A stretch of 64,000 nt of DNA from Nitrospirota bacterium (GTDB lineage: Bacteria; Nitrospirota; Nitrospiria; 2-01-FULL-66-17), in assembly GCA_049325335.1 (NCBI GenBank), contig JBMOMC010000006.1, positions 96,001-160,000 of the forward strand, given 5' to 3'. The translations under genes were made by a program, and so were the position numbers. The notes beneath the pieces are model-generated. The model made no database searches. It was not told where the DNA came from and saw nothing but the letters and a program-made list of their open reading frames with translations. Shown here one piece after another: positions 1-11,911 of this stretch (within the stretch, counting starts at the first letter, position 1; each line of letters opens with the position of its first letter).

Positions 1-206
1 GGATCCTCACCGGGGAACTGGTAGCCGTTGCCCGCGTAGTCACGACCGAATTCATTGAGCTTGGGGAACGCTACGTGACAGACTGCGCAACTGACGTTAT
101 ATCGGCGCGCGAAGCCAGGGTTGGCTTCGGCCAGTTCCACACACGCCCCCAGAGATGCGACCAAGATCAGGGCACAGTGGGCGAACCGCCGAAAACCATG
201 CATCAT
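1..206 (-). CDS. cyc2: Cyc2-like monoheme cytochrome c-porin fusion, N-terminal part only (runs off the window edge)
   Basis: Manual translation from ATG 206: MMHGFRRFAHCALILVASLGACVELAEA|NPGFARRYNVSCAVCHVAFPKLNEFGRDYAGNGYQFPGED. It shows a signal peptide followed by the Cyc2 signature PxFAR-x5-CxxCH-x3-PxLNxFG-x5-NGY. The porin domain is not visible in the window. Confidence 0.75.
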   Translation of the reverse strand, partial: MMHGFRRFAHCALILVASLGACVELAEANPGFARRYNVSCAVCHVAFPKLNEFGRDYAGNGYQFPGED

Positions 207-245
207 GTGTTCATCACATACGGTGGGATGATTCACGTGCGCAGC

Positions 246-275
246 ATCATAGGTATCGGTTTCGATCCGTGTCAA
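246..275 (-). promoter_or_regulatory. sigma70-type promoter for the cyc2-like gene
   Basis: Minus strand TTGACA (275-270), N18, TATGAT (251-246). Confidence 0.6.
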
Positions 276-309
276 GGCGCATCTGTCACCCCGCGACCCG
301 TCGTCTCGG

Positions 310-338
310 TTGACACGTCGCACGGTTTGCTGTAAAAA
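310..338 (+). promoter_or_regulatory. Possible sigma70 promoter for the leader ORF/czc operon (transcript would be nearly leaderless at ATG 346)
   Basis: TTGACA 310-315, N17, TAAAAA 333-338 (imperfect -10). Confidence 0.4.
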
Positions 339-345
339 CGATCGC

Positions 346-708
346 ATGCGACTCTCGCATACGAGGCTTCGGAAAGCTCCCGTCATCCTGCTCTCGTGTC
401 TTTTGTTTTTCCAGCTCAGTGGTTTGACCTGCATTCAAGACGCCTCGGCTTCTCCCTTCAACGGGAACGCCTTCGACGTGGTGGCCGCGGTCGGCAATCC
501 GTCTCCGGAATCCGCGCCCGCTTCGGGCAATGATTTAAATGATTCAGAGGGGAGTCTCCACCACGACTGTCCCTGTCACCATCTCAGTTCTCTTTCGACG
601 GTGACGATCGAATCCGTGGTGTCTCCGGGTGCGCCCATCGCTCCGGTCTCCTTCTCCACTCCAGAGGATCTTCCGCAAATCCTGTTTCACCCCCCGCTTC
701 TTCTGTAG
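346..708 (+). CDS. DUF2946/CutF-like secreted leader protein with HHDCPCHH motif and C-terminal FHPP
   Basis: N-terminal hydrophobic signal, HHDCPCHH metal motif, ends PQILFHPPLLL, directly upstream of czcC. Confidence 0.7.
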   Translation: MRLSHTRLRKAPVILLSCLLFFQLSGLTCIQDASASPFNGNAFDVVAAVGNPSPESAPASGNDLNDSEGSLHHDCPCHHLSSLSTVTIESVVSPGAPIAPVSFSTPEDLPQILFHPPLLL

Positions 709-794
709 TTCTCCCGATTCCGTAGTCGATTCCTAGCTCCGAAGACTTACTCAACGGCGGTCTGCGTGTCGTGCCGCCAAGGAGGCGTGTTGCA

Positions 795-2048
795 GTGCCT
801 ATTCCACGAGTGATGTTCTGCGCGCTCATCGCGCTGATCGTTTCAAGTATCTTCATCAGATTGTCCACCGCAGAGGAGGGTGGCAAGCGCTATTCCCTGG
901 AAGAGATCTTGTCCCTTGCCGAACAGCGCAATCCGTCCCTTTCGGTCTTTCAATCGAATGTCGAGGCCGCTCGCGGTGCATTGACTTCCGCGCGCGCGTA
1001 TCCCAATCCCGAAGCCATGGTCGAACTCGGCACCGCCAAGCCACTGGACCCACCAAACGCCGACAGTGGGCGCGAACATCGTCTGGAACTGAGCCAATCC
1101 TTAGAGTGGCCCGGGAAACGAGCGTCTCGCAGACGGGCGGCGGAAGCGCAGGTGGGGGTGGCTCGCGGGAGCCTAGACGACTTCCGGCTGGAACTGCGGG
1201 CTCGGGTCAAGGAAGCTTTTTTTCAGACCGTGCTCGCCCAACACACCGCACAGGTCGCGGCGCAAAATCTGGCAACGGCCCGGAGTCTGGTGGAGTCCGC
1301 CACATTGCGGGTCGAATCGGGTGAAGCGCCTGAGCTGGAATTGATCCGGGCACGAGTGGAAGTCTTCAACGTGACGAGGGAGGCGCGCCGCGCCCACAAT
1401 CGTCTCCTCACCGCCCAAGCTGCGCTCAACAGCTTGCTGGCCGGAGCCTTGGGGGAGATTTTCTATGTGGTTGACGCTCCACCTCGTCTTGATGCCGCGT
1501 ACGAGTTGCCCGCTCTGATCGAACGCGCCCTCGCCGCGCACCCGCTCATCACCCGTCAGGAACATGCCTTGAAGGCGGCCGGGTACACGCTGTCCGAGCA
1601 ACGACTGGCCCGCGTTCCCGATCTCACCGTGACCGGATCGACCGGGGAGGAGATCGACAAACGCTCCTCAGCGATCGGATTGGCACTGGCCGTGCCGCTC
1701 TTCAATCAACGACGCGGTGACATTGCGGTCGCGAGGGCCGAACAGACAAAGGCCCAAGCGGAACTGGCGCAAACGCGCCTCGATCTCACGAAGGAGATTA
1801 CACAAGAGTACGAGAACTATCGCTTGGCAATGGATCAACTCGCCACGTTCGAAGAGGGCTTGCTCAAGCAGGCGGACGAGGCCTTACGCATCGCGCAATT
1901 GAGTTATGAACAAGGCGAACTGGACTTGCTGAACCTGCTGGATGCCCAGCGGGTCCAGCGCGCCACCTTACTCGAATATTACGACGCGCAGTTCGAACTC
2001 CAGACATCCCTCGCACGACTGGAACGCGTGACAGGAGGTTTGCAATGA
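795..2048 (+). CDS. czcC: TolC-family outer membrane efflux protein (CzcC-like)
   Basis: OEP repeats (ARAYPNP, RLARVPDL, YEQGELDLLNLLDAQR). GTG 795 follows AAGGAGG; ATG 813 is an alternative start. Confidence 0.9.
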   Translation: MPIPRVMFCALIALIVSSIFIRLSTAEEGGKRYSLEEILSLAEQRNPSLSVFQSNVEAARGALTSARAYPNPEAMVELGTAKPLDPPNADSGREHRLELSQSLEWPGKRASRRRAAEAQVGVARGSLDDFRLELRARVKEAFFQTVLAQHTAQVAAQNLATARSLVESATLRVESGEAPELELIRARVEVFNVTREARRAHNRLLTAQAALNSLLAGALGEIFYVVDAPPRLDAAYELPALIERALAAHPLITRQEHALKAAGYTLSEQRLARVPDLTVTGSTGEEIDKRSSAIGLALAVPLFNQRRGDIAVARAEQTKAQAELAQTRLDLTKEITQEYENYRLAMDQLATFEEGLLKQADEALRIAQLSYEQGELDLLNLLDAQRVQRATLLEYYDAQFELQTSLARLERVTGGLQ

Positions 2049-3263
2049 AGTTGGCAAGAGGAGCAGGAGGAACAGTCGCAGTGGCTCTGGTGTGGTTGGT
2101 GTTGGGGTGTCAGTCGCCTGCTTCCCAACCGGAGGCCGGGAAACAGGCCGAGCAAGCCGCGTCCCATCAGGACGAGCATGCTGAGGACGGGCATGCGGAG
2201 TCTGAGGAACGGGGAGGGCTCATCACGTTGAGCCCTCAAGCCCAACAGCTCGCCGGGATCACGGTTGAAGAGGTCGCCCGGCGGTCCTTACAGCGCGAGG
2301 TGCGATTGCCGGGCACGATCCAGGCTAACCAGAACCGACTTGCGCATGTCGGCCCCCGGATTCAAGGCCGTGTCGTGGTGGTGTCGGCGGGATTGGGCGA
2401 CCGCGTGGAATCGGGCGCAACGCTGGCGATGATCGACAGCCCTGAATTGGGCCAAGCCGAATCCGACTTCGTGACCGCCCGAGCGAAGTTCGTCGTTGCC
2501 GAGAAGGCGTACGAACGGGCCAAGACCCTGCTCGATGGCAAAGTGATCGGCACGGGCGAATTTCAGCGACGCGAGGGCGACTATCTGGCGAGCAAGGCCG
2601 AAGCGCAGGCCGCGGAAGACCGACTGCGGCTGTTGGGCTTGGAGGATCCGGAGATCGCCGATGTGAGCGGCACCCGATCGGTGCGATCCCAGGTCGCGAT
2701 CACCGCACCGCTGACCGGAACCGTCGTTGACCGGGACGTCACGCTGGGGGAGGTGGTCGAGCCGGCGAAAACGCTGTTTACCATCGCTGATCTGTCGGCG
2801 CTCTGGGGCGTGGCGGATATTTCGGAACGAGATCTGCCCACCGTCAAGAAGGGCTTGCCCGCCAAGGTCTCGGTCTCCGCGTATCCCCGTGAAGTGTTTT
2901 CGGGGAAGGTCACGTACATCTCCGATATCCTCGACCCCTCGTCGCGTACGGCGAAAGTCCGGGTCGAGATCGACAATGCGCGTGGGAAACTCAAACCCGA
3001 GATGTTTGCCACGTTTGTGATCCTGACCGAGGAAACCGAGGGCGTCCTCAGCGTCCCCGAACACGCGGTCCAACGGGACGGAGGCAACACGATCGTCTTT
3101 GTCTCCCAGGACGCGGGTTTTGAAAAACGCCTGGTTGAACTCGGGCCCGAACAACAAGGGTACTACCCGATCCAGTCGGGCCTCAAAGCGGGAGAGATCG
3201 TCGTCACAAAAGGCGCTTTCGTCCTCAAGTCCGAATCCGAGCGCGGGCAGATGGAGGAGGGCC

Positions 3264-3274
<11 letters not shown>
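2045..3274 (+). CDS. czcB: Heavy-metal RND periplasmic adaptor (CzcB/CusB-like)
   Basis: Lipobox LVLGC, His/Glu-rich N-terminus, biotinyl-lipoyl/beta-barrel motifs (LKPEMF), C-terminal GHGH. Confidence 0.92.
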
Positions 3275-6433
<3,159 letters not shown>

Positions 6434-6437
<4 letters not shown>

Positions 6438-6802
6438 AAGAGGTCAAAGCCTATATTCGCCACCACATGGTGAACCGGGTCATCGAGGCCTTGGAGGGCG
6501 CCGGGTTTGCAGACATGACTTTGATCGACGTCCAGCGGATCGCCAAAGGGGTCTCCACTCCCGAGGACAGGTATTCGCTTGAACTGGCGGAACAATACAT
6601 GGATGTCCTGCGCCTGGAACTGGTGTGCCGCGATCAGGACGCAGTCACGGTGGTTGACATCATCGAACGGACGGCTCGAACCGGACGGCGAGGGGACGGG
6701 CTGATCGCCGTAATCCCGGTGGAGACGGTCGTCCGAATCAGTACCGGCGAGCGCGGTGACGCGGCGCTCAGACCGGACGCGAGTCATGAATCGGATGCGT
6801 AA
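6434..6802 (+). CDS. P-II family protein (heavy-metal-efflux-associated PII-NG type)
   Basis: MKEVKAYIR...ARTGRRGDGLIAVIPVE...RISTGERG P-II motifs; overlaps the czcA stop. Confidence 0.85.
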
Positions 6803-7342
6803 ATGCGGCTCATAAACGGCCGACACCTGTTGAGATCGATTGGCATTTTGGTGTTCTCGATGGCAATCGGCCCCGCTGTCCTGGCGTTCGCCGTCGTCTA
6901 TTACGAGTGGACCGATGACGCCGGGGTGATTCACCTGACGGACGACGTGTCAAAGATCCCTTCAAAGTATCGAGGGCGCGTTCAAGAAGTCACCGTCCCC
7001 GACACGCAACCCTCCCCTGAGACCCAACCCTCTGATCCGCCGCAACCGTCCAGTCCACCGTCTACTCGCACCGAGGATCTCGATTCGAATGGACACAACA
7101 GGCAGTGGTGGCAGCAACGCGTCCAGGAATGGCGCGGTCGAAAAGCGACCGCGGAACAGAACCTCGCCGAGGCCCGAAACCGATATAACCGTCTCTATTC
7201 AAGACATGAACCCCTTGGCGGCGTCCGACAAGAGATCAGGCAGTATGAAATGGACATTCGTGAGGCGGACCGCATGATCGACGACGTCATTCCGGAAGAA
7301 GCGCGCAAGGCCGGGGCGCCGCCCGGATGGTTACGGGACTGA
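6803..7342 (+). CDS. DUF4124 domain secreted protein
   Basis: Signal peptide, YEWTDDAGVIHLTD motif, Pro-rich linker, coiled coil. Confidence 0.75.
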   Translation: MRLINGRHLLRSIGILVFSMAIGPAVLAFAVVYYEWTDDAGVIHLTDDVSKIPSKYRGRVQEVTVPDTQPSPETQPSDPPQPSSPPSTRTEDLDSNGHNRQWWQQRVQEWRGRKATAEQNLAEARNRYNRLYSRHEPLGGVRQEIRQYEMDIREADRMIDDVIPEEARKAGAPPGWLRD

Positions 7343-7370
7343 GCAGTTTGGGAAGAGGAGCCGGTGCGCG

Positions 7371-9281
7371 ATGAGTAAGCAGAACGATCTCGAAGCGGTT
7401 CGCGCGGGTTTCGAAGGACCGTGGTGGCGGTTTCCGGTACTGCGTAACGCGCTGGCCGCCGGCCTGATTGCCGGCGCTGGGTTTCTCCTCGCGCACCTCG
7501 GGCTGATCCCGGCCACCGTTGAGAACGTGTTCTATTGGATCGCGATCCCGCTTGGGGGCTGGCACTGGACTCGTGAGGGGATTGAGAACCTGCTTGTGAG
7601 GCGGGAAGTCGGGATTGAGATCTTGATGCTTGGCGCGACCCTGGGTGCCGGCGCTTTGGGGCTCTGGGACGAGGCCGCGGCATTGGTCTTTCTCTACGGC
7701 GCCGCCGAAGGTACCGAGGAGTACACCTATGCGCGCACACGCCATGCGATTCGCGCGCTCCTCGACCTCGCGCCCAAAGAGGCGCGCGTGCTGCGCGACG
7801 GCAGGGAAATCACGGTTGCCGGGGAAAGTTTGAAGCCAGGGGACATCTTTGTTGTGCGGCCCGGCGAGGCTATCCCCACGGATGGCCTCATCCGGTCAGG
7901 CACCTCTAGTCTGGATGAATCGCCCGTCACGGGCGAGTCCATCCCGGTGGACAAGGAACCGGGCATGCAGGTGTTCGCCGCGTCGATCAACAAACAGGGC
8001 GCGCTGGAGGTCGAGGCCACGGCCGCGTTCGCCGACAACACGTTGTCCAAGATCATTCACCTGGTGGAACAGGCCCAGGAGCGGAAGGGCCGGGCCCAGC
8101 AGTGGATTGAGCGCTTCGGCCGCCGGTACAGCCCTGTCGTGTTAGGCGTCGCCGCGTTGTTGCTCGTGGTTCCCTGGGCCATGGGCCTGCCGTTGCAGGA
8201 ATGGTCGCTGCGGGCCGTGGTGTTACTGGTCGCTGCGGCGCCCTGCGCGCTCATCATGTCCACGCCCGTCGCCGCGGCGGCCGGCATCGGTGCCGCCGGT
8301 CGCCGCGGCATTCTGATCAAAGGCGGGGTCCACCTCGAGCACCTCGGCCAGATCCGAGTGGTGGCTTTCGACAAGACCGGGACGCTCACGCGCGGCGAGC
8401 CGGTCGTGACCGACGTGATTCCGGTCCGAAGCTCCACCGCGGAGCTGCTCGCGATCGCGGCGGGACTGGAGCATCGGTCCGAGCACCCACTGGCCCAGGC
8501 CATCCTCCGCCACGCGAGGGCACAGGGTATCGAGCCACTCACGGCCGAGGAGTTCGAGGCGCTTGCCGGGTCCGGCGCCAAGGGCACCATCAACGATACG
8601 ATCTGGTACATCGGCAACCCCGACCTGTTTGAGCGCCTGGGCGTGGGCCTCGCGGCGGTCCAAGCGCAGATCGCGAGCCTGCAGGGAGAGGGCAAGACCG
8701 TGGTGCTCGTGGGCCACGGCAGGCGGCTGCTCGGGGTCATCGCCCTGCAGGATCAAATCCGACCCGGCATGAAGGATGTGATCGCGGCGCTGCACGCGGA
8801 GGGGGTGCGCGTCGTGATGCTCACCGGCGACAACGCCCGTAACGCCGGCGCCGTCGCCCGGCAGCTTGGCATCGACGACGTGCGCGCCGAGTTGAAGCCG
8901 GAGGACAAGGTCGCGGCCGTGCGCCTACTGGATAAACAGGACGGCGCAGTACTCATGGTGGGCGACGGCGTGAACGACGCCCCGGCCCTCGCCGGCGCGA
9001 CGTGCGGCGTGGCCATGGGCGCCGCCGGCAGCGATGCCGCCATTGAAGCGGCGGATGTCGCGCTCATGGCCGATGATCTCGCCAAGGTGGTGGAGGCGAT
9101 CCGCCTCGGCCGCAAGGCCCGTCGCATCAGCGCGCAGAACATCGTGTTCTCCGTCCTGCTTCTTGCCGTGCTCATTCCCACGGCGCTCGCCGGTTATCTG
9201 AGTGTGGCCGTCACGGTGTTCATCCATGAGACCAGCGAACTGCTTGCAGTGGCGAACGGACTACGAGTGGCGAGATGGTGA
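7371..9281 (+). CDS. Heavy-metal P1B-type ATPase, probably subclass P1B-4 (Co/Zn/Fe)
   Basis: TGES, APC, DKTGT, SEHPL, GDGVND and HETSE motifs; no N-terminal metal-binding domain. Confidence 0.93.
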   Translation: MSKQNDLEAVRAGFEGPWWRFPVLRNALAAGLIAGAGFLLAHLGLIPATVENVFYWIAIPLGGWHWTREGIENLLVRREVGIEILMLGATLGAGALGLWDEAAALVFLYGAAEGTEEYTYARTRHAIRALLDLAPKEARVLRDGREITVAGESLKPGDIFVVRPGEAIPTDGLIRSGTSSLDESPVTGESIPVDKEPGMQVFAASINKQGALEVEATAAFADNTLSKIIHLVEQAQERKGRAQQWIERFGRRYSPVVLGVAALLLVVPWAMGLPLQEWSLRAVVLLVAAAPCALIMSTPVAAAAGIGAAGRRGILIKGGVHLEHLGQIRVVAFDKTGTLTRGEPVVTDVIPVRSSTAELLAIAAGLEHRSEHPLAQAILRHARAQGIEPLTAEEFEALAGSGAKGTINDTIWYIGNPDLFERLGVGLAAVQAQIASLQGEGKTVVLVGHGRRLLGVIALQDQIRPGMKDVIAALHAEGVRVVMLTGDNARNAGAVARQLGIDDVRAELKPEDKVAAVRLLDKQDGAVLMVGDGVNDAPALAGATCGVAMGAAGSDAAIEAADVALMADDLAKVVEAIRLGRKARRISAQNIVFSVLLLAVLIPTALAGYLSVAVTVFIHETSELLAVANGLRVARW

Positions 9282-9343
9282 ACCGAGGGGGAGAGGCGGG
9301 GCGGATACACCCAGAGGAATTCCTACTCACGCGGAGGTCAGCT

Positions 9344-9982
9344 ATGAGCAAGCACAACACCGATTCCCCTCATGAACAGCGAATGGGGATGGACCGCCGT
9401 CTCTTGAAAATCTCGCTGGTCATTTCTTTCGCGCTGATCGCGTCGGGATGCGCTGTGCTCAGTCCTCGTACGGCTCCCCACACGATTACAAAGGCCGATG
9501 CGACGCTCGTTATTCCTCGAGGTGGTCAATACCATTTCCGCCAGCAACGGTTGACTGAGGAAGAAAGCAAGAGGATCAACGACCGCCTGGGCCGTCAGGC
9601 GGTCCAAGCGGGGGAGACGATCAGCTACTATGCGGTCACCCGCCATCGAAAACGGATGACAGGGGACTCGGGACTCGTGTTTGTTGAAATGATTGACGGG
9701 CCACAGGGCCCTTTGCGGCTCGTGCTTTCACTCCGCCATCAAGTGGTCCAAAATCTTGCTGTGAAAGACGGTTCGGCGGTCACAATAATCCGGCATGAGT
9801 TTCTCGATCAATTTATCGGGAGAGACTGGGAGCATTCATTCAAGGTCGAGACAGACCCGGCGGCGTTTCACCGGATTCCGGTCCCGATCGCGCCGCTTGC
9901 CGGACACGTTGAGTTATCCCAACGCATTGCCGATGCGGTATTGAAAGTGGTCGTGCTCGTTTCGGTTCTGAAGCTGGGATGA
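9344..9982 (+). CDS. Lipoprotein, degenerate FMN_bind-like fold
   Basis: RBS GGAGG; lipobox IASGC; FLDQFIG...IAPLAGHVELSQRIADAV resembles the FMN_bind C-terminus but lacks SGAT. Confidence 0.5.
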   Translation: MSKHNTDSPHEQRMGMDRRLLKISLVISFALIASGCAVLSPRTAPHTITKADATLVIPRGGQYHFRQQRLTEEESKRINDRLGRQAVQAGETISYYAVTRHRKRMTGDSGLVFVEMIDGPQGPLRLVLSLRHQVVQNLAVKDGSAVTIIRHEFLDQFIGRDWEHSFKVETDPAAFHRIPVPIAPLAGHVELSQRIADAVLKVVVLVSVLKLG

Positions 9983-10103
9983 CTGGATGCAGGTGGTCGG
10001 CATCGCTGCCCGGAGCGCCGTCCCAAAGCAAGGGCACCCTGGTGAGGTGGTGCGGCCCGGTCCGCTGCGTTCGTTCTCATCCCAACTGCTTGGAAGAAAA
10101 TGC

Positions 10104-10133
10104 TTGACCTCGTGGTTTATAGAGTGTTACGTT
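10104..10133 (+). promoter_or_regulatory. Possible promoter for the His-rich leader/uptake operon
   Basis: TTGACC 10104-10109; TGnTACGTT 10125-10133 in an AT-rich patch just before ATG 10144. Confidence 0.35.
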
Positions 10134-10143
10134 TTTAAAACAA

Positions 10144-10596
10144 ATGCTACCACTGGTTGGATATATAAGAAGTGCTCAGGCGGCGTTGTGGATCGTCCTG
10201 CTGGCATTCGGGCTTGACGGCCTGGTCTGGGATGGCGGCCTCGTCAATCACGCCCACACCGATGGAGAGCGATTTCATACACACCGGGACCTGCACAGGG
10301 CGGGTTTGGAGTCTCACGTCCACGCCCGTGATCATGGGCACGACCACGGTCCGACCGCTGTTCCTCACGATGCTGACGCGCTGTCCGGTATGTATTGGAC
10401 GGCGGCGGCCGGTCCCAACGACGGATTCCTTCACAGTCACGACGACGACCATGCGAGCGGCAAGTTTTTCCCGCCAAAGAAGGGCGAGGTATTCCACACG
10501 CCGCTTGGGGCGCTAGAAAACCCACCGCCAGCGTCATCCGACCCCGCGAAGCCTGAGGCTCCGCACTCGCGCGGCCCGCCTTTCCTGCTCGTCTAG
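10144..10596 (+). CDS. His-rich membrane-targeted leader protein ending in an RGPP arrest-type motif
   Basis: N-terminal hydrophobic segment, 16 His, no Cys, C-terminus PHSRGPPFLLV. Confidence 0.7.
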   Translation: MLPLVGYIRSAQAALWIVLLAFGLDGLVWDGGLVNHAHTDGERFHTHRDLHRAGLESHVHARDHGHDHGPTAVPHDADALSGMYWTAAAGPNDGFLHSHDDDHASGKFFPPKKGEVFHTPLGALENPPPASSDPAKPEAPHSRGPPFLLV

Positions 10597-10685
10597 CCTG
10601 ACGTTTTTTTACCCCTTGAATGCAAGCCCGGCCGCGCGATCGGCTTGGAGAAGCCGGTCCGGGCCGACGAGACAAAGGAGAGCCT

Positions 10686-11876
10686 ATGGAGCGCGTGATG
10701 CATGCCATCACGAGAGGAACGTGTGCGTTCGTGATGGCCCTGTTGGGCGCAAGCGTGGTGGGCGTGCCGGCCGCCAGCGCCCACACCAAAGGGATCAGCC
10801 TCAGTCGGTATGGCTTGATCGATATGTCGTGGACGGGCAACGTCTTGTACTCCAGCTACAGCGACTACGTGAACGCCTATCCCCAGCTCCGGCCGTACAT
10901 CGGCGGGGCGTTGCGCCAGGGGTTGGTGCTCAAGAGCTTTGACGTCTCGGTTACGCAGGATCTGTATCAATATCCCGCCAAAGCCGCGGTGTTCCTCGCG
11001 TTCGGCCAAGATTCGGCCGCGATCGAGGAGGCGTTCTTTCTCTTCCATAAGATGCCGTATCAGACCCAACTGAAGGTCGGGCAATTCCGCGCCCAGTTCG
11101 GCAAGTTGAACCAGTACCATGACCACGAATGGATCTTTGCCAACCCTCCAATGATCACCACCGTGCTCGCCAGCGACGATGGGTTCAAGATCCTGGGCGG
11201 CGAACTGACATGGCAACCGCCCTTGGGGCAGTTCGTGGAACTTGCAGTGGACGTCGGCCGCCGGGACACGCTGGGCGTCTTTCAGGCCAAGCCCGATCCG
11301 GTTGATCCGACCGAGCCGGACGCGACCGACATGTTTGTCATTACCAAATTTACGCACTACGTGGACCTCACGGACGCGTCGAGCTGGGAGTGGGGCGCCA
11401 CGTACGCCCAAGGGGGCAACAATTCGGATCCCGGCAACGACGATCAGGATCGCATCTACGGCTTAGATTTCACGTACAAATACAAACCAGCCCCGTTTAG
11501 TCCGTACGTGCGCTGGACCACCGAGTTGTTCCACGATACGAAGGAACTGACGCGCGTCGGGCTTCCGAATGAGATCGTCAAAGGCGTCTACTCTGAGGTC
11601 GACTATCGAGTGACCTACAATTGGGCACTTGGCGCCCGGTTCGACGCAGTCGCAGGCGACGTGGACCCGATCGATGCCGCGCTGGGTGACGTGACCCGCA
11701 CGCGTTATTCCGGCGGTATCCGCTATTTCTTCAACCCGGTGTCGCGTTTGAACCTTCAATTTGATCATATTCCGTCGGCTGACTCGGCGCCGGCGTCTAA
11801 CGTCGTCATCCTCCAGCTCAACGTGGGAGGAGGCACCGTAACCCCTGGTGTCGGGAAATTCTACACGCTATGGTAA
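10686..11876 (+). CDS. Outer-membrane beta-barrel associated with Zn/Mn ABC uptake
   Basis: RBS AAAGGAG; signal peptide; IEEAF...KVGQFRAQFGKLNQYHDHEW motif; amphipathic beta strands; upstream of ZnuABC-like genes. Confidence 0.7.
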   Translation: MERVMHAITRGTCAFVMALLGASVVGVPAASAHTKGISLSRYGLIDMSWTGNVLYSSYSDYVNAYPQLRPYIGGALRQGLVLKSFDVSVTQDLYQYPAKAAVFLAFGQDSAAIEEAFFLFHKMPYQTQLKVGQFRAQFGKLNQYHDHEWIFANPPMITTVLASDDGFKILGGELTWQPPLGQFVELAVDVGRRDTLGVFQAKPDPVDPTEPDATDMFVITKFTHYVDLTDASSWEWGATYAQGGNNSDPGNDDQDRIYGLDFTYKYKPAPFSPYVRWTTELFHDTKELTRVGLPNEIVKGVYSEVDYRVTYNWALGARFDAVAGDVDPIDAALGDVTRTRYSGGIRYFFNPVSRLNLQFDHIPSADSAPASNVVILQLNVGGGTVTPGVGKFYTLW

Positions 11877-11911
11877 CCTCTTCGGTCGACGACCAACGAA
11901 GGAGAACGTCC

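Noticed and set aside
75..335. Plus-strand 86-aa ORF in the track
   Set aside because: Overlaps the motif-bearing cyc2-like gene on the opposite strand and both promoters.
10115..10145. Zur/Fur box in the AT-rich patch before the His-rich leader
   Set aside because: TGTTACGTTTTTAAAACA does not fit the TGTTATA-n-TATAACA spacing; only a short GTTTT-T-AAAAC palindrome. Not excluded, but unsupported.
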